A stretch of 64,000 nt of DNA, taken from NCBI GenBank assembly GCA_944372115.1, contig CALVYH010000002.1, positions 104,864 through 168,863 on the forward strand, written 5' to 3'. This stretch comes from an uncultured Bacilli bacterium (lineage in GTDB: Bacteria; Bacillota_I; Bacilli_A; RFN20; CAG-826). The notes below the pieces were generated by a model. That model was not told where the DNA came from and ran no database searches. It saw only the letters and a program-made list of their open reading frames with translations. Positions 51,773 to 63,638 of this stretch are shown piece after piece; position 1 is the first letter of the stretch, and each line of letters starts with the position of its first letter. The position numbers were made by a program, and so were the translations under genes.

Positions 51773-52483
51773 ATGCTTTCAAAAACTGAAACAACGCATT
51801 TAAATAATCATGAAAAATATTTAAGCAATAGAAAGAAAGTCGCTTTAAATGCATTAACATCTGTTTCTTATTGCGAATTCTATTATTTTTTAAATACTTT
51901 TAGAGATCAACATGATTTTATTAAGATTAATAATAATATTGATTTCTTGATTAATTTGTTTGATAAATATTCTGTTTCTGAAAATAAAATATTTCATTTT
52001 AAATATAAAAATTATAATTTTGTTGTTCCAACAAAATACTTTATTAAAACAAATGAATTAACATTAGTCATATTAAATAAGCACGTTTTATCAGAAAATT
52101 ATGCTTTTATATGTTTATGTTTATTTATTGAAAATGGAATTTTACCTGATGGAATTTATTATCTTGATAACGACGAGAAATATCATTCTTTGAATGGACT
52201 TACTAATTTAGATAAAGATTTTTCAAATATAAACCCAAATATATTATCAACGCTTGTTTATTGTGTAAATAAATTAAAGAAAAATAAGAGAACAAATAAA
52301 ATAAATACAAAATCTAAAGGCTTTTATTTTAGTCAAATCGAAGCTGGTAAAATACTTGATAGGTTAATTAAAACTATTTTAAAAGGCAAATTTAAGAAAG
52401 AAACAAGCCAAAAATGTAAATATTGTAAGATAAGAAATAAATGTAATACTTTTTTAGAAGATGAAACATTTAATTTATATTAA
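51773..52483 (+). CDS. Cas4-like/PD-(D/E)xK nuclease-domain protein with Fe-S cysteine motif (standalone)
   Basis: An N-terminal Cys (VSYCEF) is present. Putative nuclease acidic residues lie in ILPDG and YYLDNDEK. A C-terminal CKYCKIRNKC (C-x2-C-x5-C) follows the Cas4/AddB/Dna2 pattern. Confidence 0.45.
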   Translation: MLSKTETTHLNNHEKYLSNRKKVALNALTSVSYCEFYYFLNTFRDQHDFIKINNNIDFLINLFDKYSVSENKIFHFKYKNYNFVVPTKYFIKTNELTLVILNKHVLSENYAFICLCLFIENGILPDGIYYLDNDEKYHSLNGLTNLDKDFSNINPNILSTLVYCVNKLKKNKRTNKINTKSKGFYFSQIEAGKILDRLIKTILKGKFKKETSQKCKYCKIRNKCNTFLEDETFNLY

Positions 52484-53876
52484 TGATAAAAATAGATATA
52501 TTTTAGAAAATTTAAGTGAAGTGGATTTATTAAATCCATTTTATTTTGACGTTGTTATTAAAAATGAGGACGATTTATTAATTTTTTTTGATCGAATCAA
52601 TCTTGATTTATTAAAAGATTTTGAAAAAAACAAAGATTACGAAGCCCCTTTATCAATTGCTTTAAATCTTTCAAATTCATTTATTAATGATAATAAAAAA
52701 ATTTTTATAAAGAAAAAGAATGTAATTATTGAAGAAGAGGAACAATTTTTATTTTCGTTAGTTAGAACTTTAATAAATAATCAAAAGAATTCCTCTAGAA
52801 TTATTAGTATACGTAATATAAATCGTTTATTAAAAACTCGTGATTATAAAGGTTTAATTGATAATTTATCTTTAATTAATAAGAAAAATTTTCAAAACAA
52901 ACCTTTTTCATTTGTGATTTTATTTTTAAATCGTTTAGATGTTTTAAAATATTTAAAAATAAATTCGTTACCAGCTTTTAAATATAGTTCTACAAATGTA
53001 ATTAATACAAAGATTTTAACTTCATTAAATGATAATGAAACTTATTTAGAAATGTTTTTAAAAGCGGTTTCAAATAATAAATTTAGTTTTAATTTTTATA
53101 AAACCATTAATAATATTGATATTAAAAATGATAATTATGATAATTTTTTAAATTTAATAATTAAAGGGATACACTTTCAAATTGATTGTTTTATTTTTGA
53201 AGATGAAGATGATTTTAATGAATTTATTAATAATATGAATTTAATTAATAAGAAGGTTTTTTATTATTCTCCTTTAAAAAAGAAATTATTAAACTATTTA
53301 TTAAAAGTTTTAAAAGTAATTTTAAATAAAGATGATAAAGAAGATTTAGATTTTTTAAGATTATTATCAAAAGATAAAATTTTAAAATTTTTAAAAAACT
53401 TTCATTCTTTCAATGCCTATGATTTTTTAAATAAGCTTAACGAAGAAGTAAATTTATTTAATTTGTATTCCGATACAGATGATAAAATGTTATTAAATAC
53501 TTTGTTAACTTTTTTAAAGAAAAAAGCTCTAAATATTGAAAGATTTTATTTTTTTATTACATTTTTACTAGCAATAAGATTTAAAAAAGAAATTAATGAA
53601 GTAGCGAATATTAAAGCAATAAAATTAGATGATTTGCATTTACTTAATTTAAATAATTTAATAGTTGGATTTATCAGTACAAAAAAGAAGAAAAATTATA
53701 ATAATGAAGTTATGTATAAAAGCATCATTTTAAAAAATTATATATTTTTTAACGAAATTTTAAAAAAATCTAAATTAATTTATTTTTATCAATATGATAG
53801 TTATTCTAGTATTGAATTATTGGCTTCACATTTAGACGAAGTTTCACTATTTTTCGATTTAGTTAAATATTTATAG
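52461..53876 (+). CDS. Hypothetical protein, 471 aa, Leu/Asn/Lys-rich, no recognisable domain
   Basis: Long uninterrupted ORF in a very AT-rich stretch. It overlaps the upstream gene by 23 nt in another frame. No nucleotide-binding or catalytic motif was found by eye. Confidence 0.45.
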   Translation: MKHLIYINDKNRYILENLSEVDLLNPFYFDVVIKNEDDLLIFFDRINLDLLKDFEKNKDYEAPLSIALNLSNSFINDNKKIFIKKKNVIIEEEEQFLFSLVRTLINNQKNSSRIISIRNINRLLKTRDYKGLIDNLSLINKKNFQNKPFSFVILFLNRLDVLKYLKINSLPAFKYSSTNVINTKILTSLNDNETYLEMFLKAVSNNKFSFNFYKTINNIDIKNDNYDNFLNLIIKGIHFQIDCFIFEDEDDFNEFINNMNLINKKVFYYSPLKKKLLNYLLKVLKVILNKDDKEDLDFLRLLSKDKILKFLKNFHSFNAYDFLNKLNEEVNLFNLYSDTDDKMLLNTLLTFLKKKALNIERFYFFITFLLAIRFKKEINEVANIKAIKLDDLHLLNLNNLIVGFISTKKKKNYNNEVMYKSIILKNYIFFNEILKKSKLIYFYQYDSYSSIELLASHLDEVSLFFDLVKYL

Positions 53877-53912
53877 TGTTTAAAAAATTAAAAGATATTA
53901 AAATAAATAAGG

Positions 53913-55067
53913 ATGGAAGTTAAAAAAGTAAATAAAACTCAATTATCAAATATTTTAAAAGGTCTAAATTCTTCTAAAGACGTTTTTCTTTTTGTTGACC
54001 AAATTTATGAAATTTATGATTGTGTTTGCGAAGGGATAGAAGAAGTAATGAAAATTACAGAATTTAAAGAATATACTTACGTAAATCCAGTCGTAATTAT
54101 TTTATATATTGTTAATGAACTAAATTTTTATTTTAAAAGCCGTGGTTTTGATAATGTTAAAATAGCTGAATTTTTGAATACAGATAGTTTTGTTGAATTT
54201 ATATCCTCAATAGTTTGCGATAAATATTTAACAAACGAACAATTAAATTATAAATCCCCAGCATTTTTAAATAAATTTAATCCTCAAATTTCGACTTTAT
54301 CTTTATATTTTAATTTTTGTCTTAATATTTTAAATAAATCATATAAATTGAATAAATATGATGCATTAGTTAAAGACATGCTTAAAAATTCTTTTTCCTT
54401 AGGTCAATGCATTGAAAATCTTTTGATTAACGCTTTCGATGTCGAGGCTTTTTCTACCTGGAGAACAATGCATGAAAATGAATGCATACTATATTGTCTT
54501 GTATTAAATGGGAAAGATACTTTTGACTCTTATTTTAAACATATTCAATATTCTTTAGCTTATCGTGGCCAAATTAAAAATAAAGAAAAAACCGATAAAG
54601 TATTTGAAGAAATTAAATCACAAATGAAGGAATATAACTTGAAAAGTAAAGATATGAAGAAATTTATTGAATATGGATATCTATTTTCAATAAAAAACAA
54701 AGAATTTAATGTCGATTTTAAACTTAATTTTAGAGATGGAGTTGAAGCGATGGCGGGATTAAAATCATATTCAAAAATATATGAATTATCTAGCGAAATT
54801 GCACATTCTTCACCATTATTAATTTATTCGAATCGTGAATATTATTTTAATATTACTTTATTAAATTTATATGAAACATTTTTTAGATTAGAAAAAGTTT
54901 TCTATACTTTTTATAAATCAGTATCAAAAAAAGATGAAGTCGAGCAATATGAAACTTTACAAAAAATTTATATTAATCAACTTCATCAAATTCATAATGG
55001 TTTAGCTGCTTTATTTAAAGATAGATTTTTTAAGATTGAACATCTCGATAGCAAGAGCCACCTATAA
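53913..55067 (+). CDS. Hypothetical protein, 384 aa, no recognisable domain
   Basis: Long ORF with an RBS-like aaggatggaag upstream. Its 3' end overlaps the convergent kinase gene by about 38 nt. Confidence 0.45.
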   Translation: MEVKKVNKTQLSNILKGLNSSKDVFLFVDQIYEIYDCVCEGIEEVMKITEFKEYTYVNPVVIILYIVNELNFYFKSRGFDNVKIAEFLNTDSFVEFISSIVCDKYLTNEQLNYKSPAFLNKFNPQISTLSLYFNFCLNILNKSYKLNKYDALVKDMLKNSFSLGQCIENLLINAFDVEAFSTWRTMHENECILYCLVLNGKDTFDSYFKHIQYSLAYRGQIKNKEKTDKVFEEIKSQMKEYNLKSKDMKKFIEYGYLFSIKNKEFNVDFKLNFRDGVEAMAGLKSYSKIYELSSEIAHSSPLLIYSNREYYFNITLLNLYETFFRLEKVFYTFYKSVSKKDEVEQYETLQKIYINQLHQIHNGLAALFKDRFFKIEHLDSKSHL

Positions 55068-56676
55068 ATTCTTTTAATATAGAATTACATGGAATATATT
55101 CTTCATTAATGTCGCTAAAATATTTTAATAATTTTAATAATCTTTCTGCATCAGGACCATATTTACTATCACGATCAATTTTTAATAATAAAGGTGTAGC
55201 ATATTTTTTCATAACCCCGATTTCATAATTTAAGAAGGAATCAAATACATAATCGGCAAATTCTTGAGTTTTATAGATCCATTTAAATTCACCTCTTCTA
55301 ACTGATGGCCACATTGAAAGTGTCTCTTCTGCCGAAGAATTACGATATTTTGAATCTCTTACAATTCTTCTAAGTAATCTAATATCAGTAATCGAAATAG
55401 GGTTTTCATAATCTAAATTGATTTGAGCTTGTGGCGAAATATAGATTTTATATTTGATGTGTTTAGGAATTAAAGGTGTCATTGCTTCATTTAAAGCGTG
55501 GATTCCTTCAATAATAATAGGATCTTTTGGCCCGATTTTTACTAATCTATTAAAAATTCTCGAATTTGTTTTAAAATCGAATGTTGGTAAATTTACTTCT
55601 TCACCGCTTAATAAAGAAAGCAAATTTTGATTAAATAGTTCAATATCTAATGCATCGATACTTTCGAAATCATAATTTCCATCTTCATCTAAAGGCACAT
55701 TTTCCCTAGTTTTATAATAATCATCGATAGAAATTCTAATTGGTTTTATTCCTCTAGAAATAAGTTCGAGAGTTAAACGATCGGCAAAAGTAGTTTTTCC
55801 GCTACTTGAAGGGCCGGCTATACAAATTAATTTAATATTGTTTATTTTGTCTTGAATTTTTTGTCCGAGTTCAACAAGCATCCTATTATGTCTATTCTCA
55901 CAAATATTTATTAAGTTAGTTCCTTGATTTTCTTTTGCTCTATCATTAATTTCTGCAATTGTTGAAAGTTTTACTAAAGATGACCATGCATCGCTTCCTT
56001 CAAGAGTATCTTGGAAAATAGGTTCGTCCTTAAAAGGAGGGATTTCTCCATTAAATTCTGAACGTGGATATTGAATTAAAATTCCTGGTGGATAAAAGAT
56101 TAGTTTAAAATTCTTTAAATAACCAGTTGATGGAACCATTTTTCCATACATATAGTTAAAATAATTATCTGCTTTATATAAATGGACAGTTTTTTCTGGT
56201 CGATATTGTAATACAGCTAATTTATCGTATAGTTTAAATTCTTTATATAATTTTGCCGCTTCTTCATTGCTTATAATAAGTCGTTCAAAAATATAATCAT
56301 TATCAACAATTTTCTTCATTTCTTGATAAATTTCATTTACGACTTGAGTAGTAATACTTTTATTTCCGATTTCAACATGGGCAAAAATTGAGCGAGATAT
56401 AGAATAAGAGAAACGGAATTTTATATCTGGATATAGTCTTTGAGCGGCCATTGCGAATAAAAATCTTATTCCTCTTTCATAAATTCCAGCTGCAGGTTGA
56501 TCTTGGGTTGTTAAAAATTTAACGGTTGCATCGTAATGTAAGTCATAATCTAATTCTCTTACTCTTCCATTAACAAGTGCGCAAATTACCGAATAATCGG
56601 AATTTGTTAAGTCTTTTAATTTGATTTTTCTATCAAAATATAATTCTTTAGAGTCTAAAAAAACAGTAAATCCCAT
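55030..56676 (-). CDS. Uridine kinase/phosphoribulokinase-family nucleoside kinase with N-terminal TGS/ThrRS-like extension
   Basis: P-loop CIAGPSSSGKTTFADRL in the C-terminal half. A roughly 280-aa N-terminal domain of ThrRS-N/TGS-like character is present. 548 aa. Confidence 0.65.
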   Translation of the reverse strand: MGFTVFLDSKELYFDRKIKLKDLTNSDYSVICALVNGRVRELDYDLHYDATVKFLTTQDQPAAGIYERGIRFLFAMAAQRLYPDIKFRFSYSISRSIFAHVEIGNKSITTQVVNEIYQEMKKIVDNDYIFERLIISNEEAAKLYKEFKLYDKLAVLQYRPEKTVHLYKADNYFNYMYGKMVPSTGYLKNFKLIFYPPGILIQYPRSEFNGEIPPFKDEPIFQDTLEGSDAWSSLVKLSTIAEINDRAKENQGTNLINICENRHNRMLVELGQKIQDKINNIKLICIAGPSSSGKTTFADRLTLELISRGIKPIRISIDDYYKTRENVPLDEDGNYDFESIDALDIELFNQNLLSLLSGEEVNLPTFDFKTNSRIFNRLVKIGPKDPIIIEGIHALNEAMTPLIPKHIKYKIYISPQAQINLDYENPISITDIRLLRRIVRDSKYRNSSAEETLSMWPSVRRGEFKWIYKTQEFADYVFDSFLNYEIGVMKKYATPLLLKIDRDSKYGPDAERLLKLLKYFSDINEEYIPCNSILKEFIGGSCYRDVQS

Positions 56677-56791
56677 AGCTATATTATTTCCTTTTTTATT
56701 TTTGGCTTTAATATTATATCGAATATTGCCTTATTAATCTAGTTATTTAAAATATAGTTCTTTTTTATAAATTTTAGTATAGAATATTCAC

Positions 56792-57175
56792 ATGGCGAAA
56801 ACTGATAAGAGAGCACAGATTTTATATGCTTTGATATCTATTGCGGCTATTTTAGTTTCATTAATATTTGGATTTATTTTTAATTCCTATGAAGCAAGTG
56901 TTGTTTTATTATCATCTTCGCTATTTTGTTATTTTGCATTACTTATAAATTTATATTCGATGAAAAGTAAAGAAACGACTAGTTTATTTACGGTCTTATC
57001 TATTTCGTTTTTAAGATTTATACTTATTGCAATCGGCTTAATTCTCGGAGCATTATTTATTTATTTTAATAATATGAATGAGTCTGAAAATTTGAGGTAT
57101 TTATATTTATTATTGGGTTTAGTTCCTATTTTTTTCTCTAATTTAATTTTCTTTTTAAGGAGTAAAAATGATTAA
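56792..57175 (+). CDS. atpI: ATP synthase protein I-like small membrane protein
   Basis: 127 aa with four hydrophobic segments, immediately upstream of atpB. Confidence 0.5.
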   Translation: MAKTDKRAQILYALISIAAILVSLIFGFIFNSYEASVVLLSSSLFCYFALLINLYSMKSKETTSLFTVLSISFLRFILIAIGLILGALFIYFNNMNESENLRYLYLLLGLVPIFFSNLIFFLRSKND

Positions 57176-57983
57176 TTTTATTACATTGGCTATTACTCAA
57201 GAACAAATTGATAGTATTATAGAATTTCATATATCTAGTGAAGTTTTTTATTCTTTGATAGTCATGATTTGCTTAATTATTTTTTCGATTATTATCGGAC
57301 TATTATTTAAAAAAGCAATGAAAGATCCTTTAAAAACTCCTAAAGGATTAATTTTTGTAATGTATACTTTTGTTAATAGTTTAGAAAACTTTGTTGTTTC
57401 AATAATGGGAGAAAAGGGTCGAAAATTAACTGGTTATTTTTTAGGATTAACCATGTATTTATTTTTAAGTTTTGCTTTTGGATTAACAGGACTTTCTTCT
57501 CCATTCACTTATATAGTCATGCCTTTATCTATTTCTTTAGTAACTTTTTTATTAATTCATATTACTGCAGCTAGAGAAAATAAATGGGGCTATTTTAAAA
57601 GATATATTGATCCAATACCAATTTTACTTCCAATAAATTTACTTACAATGTGGGCTCCACTTTTATCTTTAACTTTACGTTTATTCGGCAATGCTTTAAG
57701 TGGATATTGCATTATGTCGTTAGTTTATGCTGCTTTAGAAGCTTTGTCTTCGGATATATTTAGACCAATTTTTGGTCTTGTTGGAGTTAGTGGAATTCAA
57801 GGAAGCGATATTATATTAGCTCCTTTTATAACTCCGATTTTGCATGTTTACTTTGATTTATTCTCTTCTTTTATACAAACTTTAGTTTTCTCAATGCTAA
57901 CAATGATTTTCATTGCTCAAGAGCAAAACGAAGATGAAGAGGATAATATATTAGAAAATGTTCAATTAGAGGTCAGTAATTAG
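57168..57983 (+). CDS. atpB: F0F1 ATP synthase subunit a
   Basis: Conserved LTLRLFGNALSGY is present with the essential Arg. Confidence 0.9.
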   Translation: MINFITLAITQEQIDSIIEFHISSEVFYSLIVMICLIIFSIIIGLLFKKAMKDPLKTPKGLIFVMYTFVNSLENFVVSIMGEKGRKLTGYFLGLTMYLFLSFAFGLTGLSSPFTYIVMPLSISLVTFLLIHITAARENKWGYFKRYIDPIPILLPINLLTMWAPLLSLTLRLFGNALSGYCIMSLVYAALEALSSDIFRPIFGLVGVSGIQGSDIILAPFITPILHVYFDLFSSFIQTLVFSMLTMIFIAQEQNEDEEDNILENVQLEVSN

Positions 57984-57992
57984 GAGGTGTCT

Positions 57993-58268
57993 ATGAACTT
58001 TTTAGCTAATTTAATGCCTATGTTAACAGTTTTAGCCGAATTCACTGATAAAGGACTTGCATATATTGCAATTGGCATGTGTGGTCTTTCAATGATGGCT
58101 TCAGGCTTAGGCGAAGGATATTTATGTTCCCAAGCATTATTAGCAATGGGAAGAAATCCTGAAATGTATTCAAAATTAAGAACAGGTATGATTTTAGGTT
58201 GCGCTTTAACAGAAACAACTGCGATTTATTGTTTATTACTTTCAATTTTCTTATTCTTCTTAGTCTAA
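57993..58268 (+). CDS. atpE: F0F1 ATP synthase subunit c
   Basis: Hairpin of two transmembrane helices. SGLGEG motif and the carboxylate in ALTETTAIY are present. RBS aggagg lies before the ATG at 57993. Confidence 0.9.
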   Translation: MNFLANLMPMLTVLAEFTDKGLAYIAIGMCGLSMMASGLGEGYLCSQALLAMGRNPEMYSKLRTGMILGCALTETTAIYCLLLSIFLFFLV

Positions 58269-58273
58269 TTAAA

Positions 58274-58864
58274 ATGAAAACTTTTAAAAAATTAACAAAA
58301 ATTTTTCCTTTATTTTTAATTTTATTAAGTGTTACTAGCTGTAATATTAATGATTACTTAAATATCGGCGATGATATTGCTAGCAAGATTTTTCCTAATG
58401 TTTGGGATTTTCTTGTTCAATTTTTAGCATTTGTAATAATGGTAATTTTAATTACTATTTTTGCTTATAAACCAATAAAAAAATATATAAAGAAAAGACA
58501 AGATTTATTGGATGAAGAAGTTAATGAGACGAAAAAAAGAAATGAAGAAGCTAAGACCAATCTTTTAATTTCTCAAAAAGAAATTGCTTTAACTCATGAA
58601 AAAGCTTCAAAAATAATTGAAAATGCTACAAAAGAAGGCAATGAAAGAAAAGAAGAGATTATTTTGAGAGCTAACAAAGAAGCAGAAAATAAAATTAAAG
58701 AAGCCGATGAAATAATTAAGAAAAATAAAATCGAAGCTAAAAATGAACTTAAAAATGAACTTTCTGATATTGCTTTAGATCTTTCAAGCAAGATTTTAGA
58801 AAGAGAAGTAAATGAAAATGATAATAAAAAATTGATTGATGATTTTGTTAATAAAATGAAATAA
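58274..58864 (+). CDS. atpF: F0F1 ATP synthase subunit b (with lipoprotein-type signal peptide)
   Basis: MKTFKKLTKIFPLFLILLSVTSC lipobox followed by a long charged coiled-coil typical of subunit b. The ATG at 58274 is preferred. Confidence 0.8.
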   Translation: MKTFKKLTKIFPLFLILLSVTSCNINDYLNIGDDIASKIFPNVWDFLVQFLAFVIMVILITIFAYKPIKKYIKKRQDLLDEEVNETKKRNEEAKTNLLISQKEIALTHEKASKIIENATKEGNERKEEIILRANKEAENKIKEADEIIKKNKIEAKNELKNELSDIALDLSSKILEREVNENDNKKLIDDFVNKMK

Positions 58865-58869
58865 ATTTT

Positions 58870-59403
58870 ATGGATTCAAGGGTTTTTAATGTATATGCTA
58901 ATGCTCTTTTAGAAATTGCGATTTCAAAAAATGAAGTTTTAAAGATTCGTAATGAAATAAAAGAAATTAAAAAAATCATTAAAGAGAATAGTGATTTTCT
59001 TTTAATTATGCATTCAAAATCACTTAAATTAAACGAAAAATATAAACTCATTGATAGAATATTCGATTCTTGTTCAATAACGACAAAGTCTTATTTTAAA
59101 GTCTTGATTAAAAATGATTTATCTTATTATTTTTATGATGTTTTAAAAGAGACTTTATATCGTTTTGATGATTATTTAAATATAGAAGAAGGAACTTTAT
59201 ATCTTTCTAGCCCTTTAAAAGATGAAGAAATTGAATTAATTAAAAATATAATTTCTAAAAAAATTAATAAAACATTAGATATTGAAGTTTTAATTGATCG
59301 AAATTTAATTGGCGGATTTAAGATTATTTTAAGAAACGATGTTTTCGATTCATCTATCATTTCTAGAATAAATGATTTCAAAAAAGCATTGAAAAAGGAG
59401 TAA
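58870..59403 (+). CDS. atpH: F0F1 ATP synthase subunit delta
   Basis: 177 aa in OSCP-family position between atpF and atpA. Confidence 0.8.
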   Translation: MDSRVFNVYANALLEIAISKNEVLKIRNEIKEIKKIIKENSDFLLIMHSKSLKLNEKYKLIDRIFDSCSITTKSYFKVLIKNDLSYYFYDVLKETLYRFDDYLNIEEGTLYLSSPLKDEEIELIKNIISKKINKTLDIEVLIDRNLIGGFKIILRNDVFDSSIISRINDFKKALKKE

Positions 59404-59406
59404 ATT

Positions 59407-60919
59407 ATGGCAATTAATGTTGAAGAGATATCTTCTTTAATTAAAGAACAAATTAAAAGTTTCGAAAATGATATCCAAGTAGAAAATGATGTTGGCACTG
59501 TCGTAACTGTTGGCGATGGAATTGTTTTAATTTACGGTCTTGAAAAAGGAATGCTTGGTGAATTGCTCATTTTTGATGATGGAAGTTATGGAATGATTAT
59601 GAATTTAGAAGAAGAATCTGTTTATGCAATTCTTTTAAATAATTCAACCACAATCAAAGAAGGAGACAAAGTAAAAAGAACTAAAAAAGTTGTTGAAGTT
59701 CCTGTTGGAGACTCACTTTTAGGTAGAGTCGTAAATTCTCTTGGCTTACCTTTAGATGGGAAAGGGGATATTAAATATAGTGAAACTTTACCAATCGAAA
59801 GAATAGCTCCCGGTGTTATAAGTAGAGAAAGTGTTAATGAACCTTTAGAAACTGGAATTTTGGCGATTGATTCATTAATCCCTATTGGAAAAGGACAAAG
59901 AGAATTAATTATTGGAGATAGACAAACTGGAAAAACTGCAATTGCGATAGATACAATAATTAATCAAAAAAATAAAAATGTTTATTGTATTTATGTTGCG
60001 ATAGGTCAAAAAAATTCGACTGTAGCTTCAATTTATGAAAAATTGAAAAATTCAGGCAGTATGGAATATAGCGTTATTGTTAATGCGAGTGCTTCTGAAA
60101 TAACTCCTTTACAATGGTTAGCTCCTTATAGTGGTGTTACAATGGCTGAAAAATGGTGTGAAGAGGGTAAAAATGTCTTAATTGTTTTTGACGATTTATC
60201 AAAACATGCAATTGCTTATAGAACTTTATCATTATTGTTAAAAAGAAATCCTGGAAGAGAGGCTTATCCAGGCGATGTTTTCTATTTGCATTCTCGTTTG
60301 TTAGAAAGATGTGTTAAGTTAAATAAAAAAAGAGGGGGCGGTTCAATAACTGCTCTTCCGATTATTGAAACTTTAGCAGGAGATATTTCTGCTTATATTC
60401 CAACAAATGTTATTTCTATTACTGATGGTCAAATTTTCTTGCAAACAAGTTTATTTAATAAAGGACAAAGACCTGCAATTGATGTTGGGTTATCTGTATC
60501 GCGTGTTGGAAGTAATGCACAATTTAAAATTATTAAAAAGACATCTTCATCTTTAAAAATGGAAATTTCTCAATTCCACGAATTAGAAGCTTTCAATCAA
60601 TTTGGAAGCGATATAGATTCGGAAACCAAAAAGATTTTAAAACATGGTCAAGTTTTAGAAGAAATTTTAAAACAAAACCAATACCGTTCTTTAACTACTA
60701 GTGAGGAAGCTGTTTATCTTTTTGCTGCAAAAACAGGTTTACTTGATGATTTAGAGATTGAAAAAGTGAAAAAATTCCTTTCTTCTCTTTATAGATATAT
60801 TAAAGATTTTAATAAAGGAATTATTAATGAAATCAACGATAAGCACGATTTAAGCAATGAAAAATTAGAAGAATTAAGAAATATTATTTTGAATTTTAAA
60901 AAGGAACAACTTTTAAATA

Positions 60920-60930
<11 letters not shown>
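59407..60930 (+). CDS. atpA: F0F1 ATP synthase subunit alpha
   Basis: Walker A GDRQTGKT is present. 507 aa. Confidence 0.97.
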
Positions 60931-63192
<2,262 letters not shown>

Positions 63193-63194
63193 AA

Positions 63195-63602
63195 ATGGGG
63201 AAAATTAATCTTTATATACATTCAAAAGATGGTAAATCTTTTAATAAAAATAACGTTGATGAAGTATATTTTACTTCAAAAAATGTTGGCGACATTGGAT
63301 TAATGAGCGGTTCAGATCCTTTTATTGGTCTTCTTGATGTTTCTCATGTTTTTTATAAGATAAATAATGAAAAGATTTTTTTAGCTACTAGCGGTGGATT
63401 AATTGATTTTAATAAGAATGAATGCTCGCTTCTTTTAGATACGTTTGAATTCGTTGATGAAATAGATGAAAATAGGGCATTAAACGAAAAAGAAAACGCC
63501 TTGAAAATTATTAATAGTGAGGCGATTTATGATGATAAAATTTTAAAAAATGCTCAATTTTCATTAAAAAAAGCCATTAACAGAATTACTTTATTAAAGT
63601 AA
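63195..63602 (+). CDS. atpC: F0F1 ATP synthase subunit epsilon
   Basis: 135 aa, last gene of the atp operon. Confidence 0.85.
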   Translation: MGKINLYIHSKDGKSFNKNNVDEVYFTSKNVGDIGLMSGSDPFIGLLDVSHVFYKINNEKIFLATSGGLIDFNKNECSLLLDTFEFVDEIDENRALNEKENALKIINSEAIYDDKILKNAQFSLKKAINRITLLK

Positions 63603-63638
63603 AATATTTTTGTGATATTTTTTAATTGAGGTTTTCTT

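Noticed and set aside
52500-53900. Possible CRISPR array or tandem repeats in the extremely AT-rich stretch
   Set aside because: No regularly spaced direct repeats of 24 to 40 nt were found. The region reads as one continuous 471-aa ORF. The repetitiveness is just AT-rich codon bias.
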